Shown: positions 26,592-32,000 of the stretch, piece after piece
Layout of the letters: every line of letters begins with the position of its first letter
Numbering within the stretch: the first letter of the stretch is position 1
The notes under the pieces: generated by a model
Seen by the model: the letters and a program-made list of their open reading frames with translations, nothing else
The model's database searches: none
What the model was told of the DNA's origin: nothing
Assembly (NCBI RefSeq): GCF_042660085.1
Contig: NZ_JBHSTI010000008.1
Coordinates: 1,929,876-1,961,875, forward strand
Source: Longivirga aurantiaca
GTDB lineage: Bacteria > Actinomycetota > Actinomycetes > S36-B12 > CAIYMF01
DNA length: 32,000 nt
Direction of reading: 5' to 3'
Program-made: the position numbers and the translations under genes

Positions 26592-27420
26592 CGTGGTGAC
26601 GCTGGTCCGGCGTACGCCGACCGCGGCGGGACAGGTGCAGTGGGACCCGTCCCTCGGCGCCTCGGGCGTGACGGCCGAGCTGCGCGCGGCCATCGACGGC
26701 GCGGGCGCCGTGGTCAACCTCGCGGGCGCCGGTGTGGCCGAGAAGCGCTGGGACGAGGCGTGGAAGCACCAGATCCTCGACTCCCGGGTGGCCGCCACGA
26801 CATGCCTCGCGACCGCCATCACCGATGTGGCGAGCAAGCCGCCGGTCTTCGTCTCGGGCAGTGCGAGCGGCTACTACGGCGACACCGGCCCCGTGGCCGC
26901 CGACGAGAGCGCGCACGCGGGCCGCACGTTCCTCGCGCACGTGTGCCAGTCGTGGGAGCTCGCGGCCGAGCCGGCCCGCGAGGTGGGGGTGCGCGTGGTG
27001 CACCCGCGCACCGGCACCGTCGCCGACCCGGACGGCGGTGCGTTCGGCCGCTGGCTGCCGGTCTTCAAGCTCGGCGGCGGCGGACCGCTCGGCAACGGCA
27101 AGCAGTGGTGGTCGCTCATCTCGCTCACCGACGAGGTGCGCGGCATCCGGCACGCCATCGACACCGACTCCCTCGTGGGTCCGGCCAACTTCGCAGCGCC
27201 CGAGCAGGTCACGAACGGCGACCTCGCCAAGGCTCTCGGGCGGGCGCTGTCGCGCCCGTCGCTGGTGCCGGCACCGCTGTTCGGTCTGCGGATCGTCCTC
27301 GGCGAGTTCGCCGACGAGCTCGTCATCAGCCAGCGGATGGCCCCGAACGCGCTGACCGCGAGCGGCTTCGAGTTCTCGCACCCCACGATCGCCTCGATCG
27401 TCGAGGACATGCTCGGCTGA
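26515..27420 (+). CDS. TIGR01777 family (SulA-like) epimerase
   Basis: MKVVVSGSSGLIGSSLVASLQADGHDVVTLVRR...VNLAGAGVAEKRW...SGSASGYYGDTG...PVFKLGGGGPLGNGKQWWSLISLTDEV. Confidence 0.92.
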   Translation: MKVVVSGSSGLIGSSLVASLQADGHDVVTLVRRTPTAAGQVQWDPSLGASGVTAELRAAIDGAGAVVNLAGAGVAEKRWDEAWKHQILDSRVAATTCLATAITDVASKPPVFVSGSASGYYGDTGPVAADESAHAGRTFLAHVCQSWELAAEPAREVGVRVVHPRTGTVADPDGGAFGRWLPVFKLGGGGPLGNGKQWWSLISLTDEVRGIRHAIDTDSLVGPANFAAPEQVTNGDLAKALGRALSRPSLVPAPLFGLRIVLGEFADELVISQRMAPNALTASGFEFSHPTIASIVEDMLG

Positions 27421-27421
27421 T

Positions 27422-28774
27422 TCAGCCCGCACGGTCCTCGCGGCCGCGCACCTCGGCGATCCGCCAGCCGTCGCCGTCGAGGGCCGGCATCGGCGTGAGC
27501 GTCACCGTCCACCAGGCCGCGGTGCGCTCGGGCACGTGGGTCGTCGTACCGCCCTGCACCACGTCGTAGGCCGTACGCCGGTCGCGCACCGCCAGCACGA
27601 CGCGGTCGGCGTCGGCGCGCAGCAGCCTCGCCTCCTCCAGCACCACCTCGCCGCCCGAGAGCCTGGCGCCCGACCCCGCGAGCCGCGCCAGGAGCGCGGC
27701 GTCGCGCGCCCAGGCAGCACCCGCCGGGTCGACCCAGCGCGCGAGAGCGTCACGGTCGCCGGAGGCGAGCGCCTGCCGACGGCCGGAGTCGAGGGCTGCG
27801 AGCACCGCGGCCCAGTCGGTGGCCACGGGCTCCGCGGGGGGCGGAGCCACCGGTGTGGCGGATACCTCGGGCACCACGGCCGGCGCAGGTACGGCCCCGG
27901 GGGTCGGCTCAGAGGCCACCGCGCCGACCGCCGTCACGGCCCGGACCGCGCCGAGCCCGACCAGCAGCACGAACGCCACCGAGGCCACCGTGCGGACCGA
28001 GAGCCTCGCCGGCGGCTTGTCCTGAGCCCGGCGTCGCGACCCGGGCGGCGGCTGCTCGGCCGGTGGAGCGGCGGCCCGGGCCGAGCGCGGTCGGGGTGCC
28101 GCCCCAGTGGGTCGCGGTGCGGCCGGTGCGGGAGGGGCGGCCGGAGCCGACGGCTGCTGCCACAGCGCGTCGAGCAGGCTCTCCGGGCGGCCGCAGGAGC
28201 GCAGCAGGTCGAGCAGCTGGTCAGCGTCGGGCCGCAGCACGGGATCGGGGTCGGCGGCGCGCAGGGCGGCGAGGACGAGCGGTCCAGGAGCTCCCCCGCG
28301 GCCGAGCAGGAGGCGCACGAGGTCGCCGACCGCGGCGACGTCGGACTCCGGCGTCGGCCCGTCGAGCCTTCCGGGCACGGCGCGCCAGGCGAGGCCGGAC
28401 CCCGCGAGCAGCACCGACCCATTAGGGGCCACGAGCACCTGCTGCGCGCTCACCCCGCCGTGCGCGAGGCCCGCGGCATGCAGCGCCACGAGCGCCTCCG
28501 CCACCGCGGTCGCGGCCGCGAGCACGTGCCCGGCGCGCAGCGGGCCTCCCCGGCGTACGGCGTCGAGCGAGACCGCGCCGTCGGGCACGCGGTGGACGAG
28601 CACGACGCCGTCGGGGGACGACGACCAGCGCACGAGCGGCGCGAGCGTAGGGGCCCGTACCTCGCTCAGCCGGCCGAGGTCGCGCGCGAGCAAGGGGACG
28701 GCGTCGGGGTCGGCGGCGCCGGGGGCGGTGCGCTCGACGGTCGGCAGGGGCTCGGGCTCGGTGCGGCGCGTCAT
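27422..28774 (-). CDS. Kinase-like (apparently degenerate) domain protein with Pro/Ala linker, one TM and an extracytoplasmic C-terminal domain
   Basis: LVALHAAGLAHGGVSAQQVLVAPNGSVLLAGSGLAWRA sits where HRDLKPxN/DFG would be; TM LSVRTVASVAFVLLVGLGAVRAV. Start taken at MTRRTEPEPL. Confidence 0.7.
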   Translation of the reverse strand: MTRRTEPEPLPTVERTAPGAADPDAVPLLARDLGRLSEVRAPTLAPLVRWSSSPDGVVLVHRVPDGAVSLDAVRRGGPLRAGHVLAAATAVAEALVALHAAGLAHGGVSAQQVLVAPNGSVLLAGSGLAWRAVPGRLDGPTPESDVAAVGDLVRLLLGRGGAPGPLVLAALRAADPDPVLRPDADQLLDLLRSCGRPESLLDALWQQPSAPAAPPAPAAPRPTGAAPRPRSARAAAPPAEQPPPGSRRRAQDKPPARLSVRTVASVAFVLLVGLGAVRAVTAVGAVASEPTPGAVPAPAVVPEVSATPVAPPPAEPVATDWAAVLAALDSGRRQALASGDRDALARWVDPAGAAWARDAALLARLAGSGARLSGGEVVLEEARLLRADADRVVLAVRDRRTAYDVVQGGTTTHVPERTAAWWTVTLTPMPALDGDGWRIAEVRGREDRAG

Positions 28775-28914
28775 GCGGCCACGGTGCCCGCCCGGCGCCG
28801 CACCCCGCTCGCGTCGTCCACAGGCCCGGGCCGGGGGAAAGGGACGCGCCCGTCTCGATGCGCATCTGCGGGGGTGGACGTGCGTGCCCCTGCACGAACC
28901 GGGACGATCGACGG

Positions 28915-30147
28915 GTGACACCGCTGCGCGAGCCCGAGATCGACGTCGTCGTCGTTGGGGCCGGCCTCGCGGGGCTGGCTGCCGCGCGGCACCTGGCGGC
29001 GCACGGCCGCACGTGCGTGGTGCTCGAGGCGTCGGACGGCGTCGGCGGGCGCATGCGCAGCGACGTCGTCGACGGCGTGACGGTCGACCGCGGCTTCCAG
29101 CTGCTCAACCCGGCGTACCCCGAGGCGGAGCGGGTGCTCGACCTCGACGCGCTGGCGCTGCGGCCGTTCACCGCCGGCGTGCTGCTCGCCGGCGCCGACG
29201 GGCAGCGTCCGGTCGTGGCCGATCCGCGGCGTACGCCGTCCGCGCTCGCCTCCACGGTGCGCTCGACCCCGGGCTCGCGGCTGCAGCAGCTGCGCTTCGC
29301 GGCGTACGCCGCCGGCGTCGGCTACCTGCCGGCGTCGCGCATCAAGGACGGGGTCGACACCACCATCGGGGAGACGCTGCGGCCGTTCGGCGAGATCACC
29401 GAGCGCGTGCTGGCGCCGTTCCTGTCGGGCGTGCTGTTCGACGACTCGCGCACCACGTCGCGGCGGTTCGTCGAGCTGGTGCTGCGGTCGTTCGTGCGCG
29501 GAACGCCGTCGGTGCCGTCGGCCGGCATGGGGGCGATCCCGGTGCAGCTCGCGCAGGGGGTCGACGTACGGCTCTCCACGCCTGTGCGCTCGGTGACAGC
29601 GACGTCGGTCACGCTGGAGGACGGCTCGGTGATCGCTGCGCGTGCCGTGGTGGTGGCGACCGATGCGGGCGCCGCGGGGGCGCTGCTGCCGGGGCTCGAG
29701 GTGCCGCGGATGAACGCCGGCACCACGTGGTGGCACCTGACCGACGTGCCGGATTCTGCTCTCACCCAAGGGATTCCCGTGCTCGTGGTCGATCCCGACC
29801 GCCGCGGTCCCGTGGTCAACACGGTCGCGGTCTCCTCGGCGGCTCCGGCGTACTCGCGCGACGGCCGCGCGCTCGTGGCCAGCACCGCGCTGGGGCTCGA
29901 GGTCGATGAGGCCGACGTACGCCGGCATCTCGGGCTGCTGCACGGCGTGGAAGTCAGCCGTTGGGACACCGTGGCCGTGCACCGGATCGCGGCGTGCGTG
30001 CCGGCCATGCCGCCCGGCACGCCGCTCACGCGCGAGCCGACGTACGACGGGGTCTACGTCGCCGGCGACCACCGCGACACCGCCTCGATCCAGGGCGCCC
30101 TCGTCTCCGGCCGCCGCATCGCCACCGCCCTCCTCCGTTCTGGATGA
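28915..30147 (+). CDS. FAD-dependent oxidoreductase (amine oxidase/phytoene desaturase-like)
   Basis: IDVVVVGAGLAGLAAARHLAAHGRTCVVLEASDGVGGRMRSDVVDGVTVDRGFQLLN; C-terminal VYVAGDHRDTASIQGALVSGRRIA. GTG start at 28915 favoured over ATG 28858. Confidence 0.88.
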   Translation: MTPLREPEIDVVVVGAGLAGLAAARHLAAHGRTCVVLEASDGVGGRMRSDVVDGVTVDRGFQLLNPAYPEAERVLDLDALALRPFTAGVLLAGADGQRPVVADPRRTPSALASTVRSTPGSRLQQLRFAAYAAGVGYLPASRIKDGVDTTIGETLRPFGEITERVLAPFLSGVLFDDSRTTSRRFVELVLRSFVRGTPSVPSAGMGAIPVQLAQGVDVRLSTPVRSVTATSVTLEDGSVIAARAVVVATDAGAAGALLPGLEVPRMNAGTTWWHLTDVPDSALTQGIPVLVVDPDRRGPVVNTVAVSSAAPAYSRDGRALVASTALGLEVDEADVRRHLGLLHGVEVSRWDTVAVHRIAACVPAMPPGTPLTREPTYDGVYVAGDHRDTASIQGALVSGRRIATALLRSG

Positions 30148-30209
30148 AGTCCCCTCCTGACCTCGTCGGCTGCGCCTCCTCGGCAAGCGGGGGCCCACGC
30201 ACATCCACG

Positions 30210-30235
30210 AGAGCCGAACAGACCCGGCCTTCATC
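30210..30235 (+). repeat. Second copy of a 26-bp sequence also present at 958-983
   Basis: AGAGCCGAACAGACCCGGCCTTCATC versus AGAGCCGAACAAATCCGGCCTTCATC (24/26 identical). Confidence 0.8.
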
Positions 30236-30304
30236 GACGCGGTGCGGTGAGGCGGGCGGGCATCGCGAGCGCGCGTCGGCGGCCGCTCGCGTAGGTTCGG
30301 CGGC

Positions 30305-31045
30305 ATGACGACGCGACGCATCCTGGCCACCAGCGGCGGCTTCATGCTGGCCGAGAGCGGGCGCGAGAACGCGCGCCGCCCCGGCGGCACCTTCCTCGAG
30401 GCGCTGCGGCTGTCGGGCAAGGACCGGCCGCGCGTGCTGTTCGTGCACACGGCGTCCGGCGACGACAAGAACTACCTCGCCCTGTCGTACCAGGCCACGC
30501 GCGACCTCTCGGTGGACGCCGACCACCTCGTGCTCTTCCCCTACCCCAACCAGACGCCGGAGGAGGCGTTCGGCCAGGCCGACGTCGTCTGGGTCGGCGG
30601 CGGATCGGTCGCGAACCTCCTCGCGCTCTGGCGCGTGCACGGCGTCGACGAGGCCGCGCGCGACGCGTGGGAGCGCGGCGTCGTCCTCGGCGGCGTGAGC
30701 GCCGGCTCGATCTGCTGGCACGTCGGCGGTACGACGGACTCCTACGGACCCGATCTGCGCATCGTCACCGGCGGCCTCTGCCTGATCCCGTACGGCAACG
30801 GCGTCCACTACGACAGCGAGGCGCAGCGCCGTCCGATGCTGCAGTCGCTCGTGCGCAGCGGCGAGCTGCCGCTGTCGTACTGCACCGACGACCGCGTCGG
30901 GATCCTGTACGAGGGCACCGAGCCGGTCCGCGTGATCACCGACTACGACGTCGACCCCGAGACCGGGCCTGCGGCGTACCGCGTCGAGCGCACCGCCGAC
31001 GGCGGCGTTGTCGAGACCAGGTTCGCCCCCGGCCCCATCGCCTGA
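30305..31045 (+). CDS. Peptidase E-like S51 family protein
   Basis: RILATSGGFM...VVWVGGGSVANLLALWRVHGVD...GVSAGSICW: S51 nucleophile region GxSAGS. Confidence 0.88.
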   Translation: MTTRRILATSGGFMLAESGRENARRPGGTFLEALRLSGKDRPRVLFVHTASGDDKNYLALSYQATRDLSVDADHLVLFPYPNQTPEEAFGQADVVWVGGGSVANLLALWRVHGVDEAARDAWERGVVLGGVSAGSICWHVGGTTDSYGPDLRIVTGGLCLIPYGNGVHYDSEAQRRPMLQSLVRSGELPLSYCTDDRVGILYEGTEPVRVITDYDVDPETGPAAYRVERTADGGVVETRFAPGPIA

Positions 31046-31062
31046 CCCGCCTCGAGCATCAC

Positions 31063-31111
31063 CCGTCAAGGACAGGAACCGCCCTTCACGGGCGTGCTCT
31101 GTCCTTGACGG
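31063..31111 (+). terminator. Stem-loop downstream of the S51 peptidase gene
   Basis: CCGTCAAGGACAG (31063-31075) and CTGTCCTTGACGG (31099-31111) perfect 13-bp arms; inner GCCC...GGGC. Confidence 0.55.
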
Positions 31112-31164
31112 AAGAACTCGGGCCGGCGGCGGCACGATCATGGCGGCTGTGGTGAGGTGGGCTT

Positions 31165-32000
31165 ATGAAGACCACCACGATCCCCCTGCTGACCGCCAAG
31201 CCCGTGCCGGTGATCGGCGTCGGTGCGATGCCGCTGTCGAACGCCCGCCCCGACGGCACGACGATGCCGCTCGAGGACGCCATCGCGGTCCTGCACCACG
31301 CGTTCGACGCCGGGCTGCGCCTCGTCGACACCGCCGACATCTACGCGCCCAGCGCGTCCGAGGTCGGGCACAACGAGCGCATCGTCGGTGAGGCCGTCCG
31401 CACCTGGTCGGGCGGCCGCGACCTCATCGTCGTCGTCACCAAGATCGGGATCACGCGTACGCCGGGCCCGCCCGAGAGCGAGTGGGGGCGCGACGGCTCG
31501 CGCGACTACCTGCTGCGAGCAGCCGAGGCCAGCGTGACCGCGCTCGGCTTCGAGCCCGACGTGATCATCAACCACCGCGTCAACCGCGCGCAGCAGCCGT
31601 ACGCCGAGACCGTGCGCGGCATGCTCGCCGTCCGCGACGCCGGCTTCGCACCGGCGATCGGCATCGGCAACATCAACCTCGCCGAGGCCCAGACTGCGTG
31701 GGAGGTCACGCAGGGCACGGTCGGCGCCGTCGAGAACGAGCGCAGCCCCCGCTACCGCGGCGACACCGACGTGTTCGAGTGGGCGATCGCGAACAACGTC
31801 GCGTTCTTCCCGTGGTCGCCGTTCGGCGGAGGCGACGACGCCAAGAACCTGCCGACGGCGTACCCCGAGTTCGCCGCCGTCGCGGCCGAGCTCACGGAAT
31901 CGACCGGCACCGAGGTGACCGCGCACGAGGTGGCGCTCGCGTGGCTCATCGCGCAGGGCCCGACCGTCGTGCCGATCCCGGGGTTCACCCGGTTCGCCAC
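31165..32000 (+). CDS. Aldo/keto reductase, 3' end beyond window
   Basis: MKTTTIPLLTAKPVPVIGVGAMPLSNARPDG...LVDTADIYAPSASEVGHNERIVGEAV...VVVTKIGI; frame open to the end of the window (absent from the supplied ORF track because incomplete). Confidence 0.85.
   Translation, partial: MKTTTIPLLTAKPVPVIGVGAMPLSNARPDGTTMPLEDAIAVLHHAFDAGLRLVDTADIYAPSASEVGHNERIVGEAVRTWSGGRDLIVVVTKIGITRTPGPPESEWGRDGSRDYLLRAAEASVTALGFEPDVIINHRVNRAQQPYAETVRGMLAVRDAGFAPAIGIGNINLAEAQTAWEVTQGTVGAVENERSPRYRGDTDVFEWAIANNVAFFPWSPFGGGDDAKNLPTAYPEFAAVAAELTESTGTEVTAHEVALAWLIAQGPTVVPIPGFTRFA

Noticed and set aside
1-32000. CRISPR array, rRNA, tRNA, transposase, phage or toxin-antitoxin genes
   Set aside because: None recognised on visual reading of both strands; the window looks like ordinary chromosomal core with one notable operon. 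tRNAscan-SE and CRISPR finders were not run.

Overview
This is a high-GC actinobacterial chromosome segment (Nocardioides/Aeromicrobium-like by general character; genus not determined). It is gene dense and mostly core metabolism. Left to right it contains: the 3' part of nadA; a phage-shock module (pspAB, htpX, pspAA, pspA); secreted and membrane hypotheticals; an aldo/keto reductase; an HMA-TauE/SafE-cupredoxin fusion; a cobalamin-riboswitch-led, translationally coupled operon at about 8993-18579; a small membrane protein behind a palindromic operator candidate; gcvT; pepA; a small alpha/beta hydrolase; lpdA and sucB (E2); an SRPBCC protein; a TIGR01777 epimerase; a degenerate kinase-like membrane protein; an FAD oxidoreductase; peptidase E; and a 3'-truncated aldo/keto reductase. 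The most interesting locus is the B12 operon. It encodes two exported proteins that look like a split bacterial counterpart of transcobalamin: an alpha/alpha-barrel repeat protein, and a protein whose DUF4430/transcobalamin beta-domain-like motifs appear in permuted order. These sit ahead of EcfT, a fused double ATPase, an S component, a metallo-beta-lactamase-CobU fusion, CobT and CobS. Its leader shows mutually exclusive P1/antiterminator and terminator pairings that can be read directly from the sequence. No CRISPR array, phage, transposase, rRNA or tRNA was recognised. All homology calls come from reading the translations; no database search was run.
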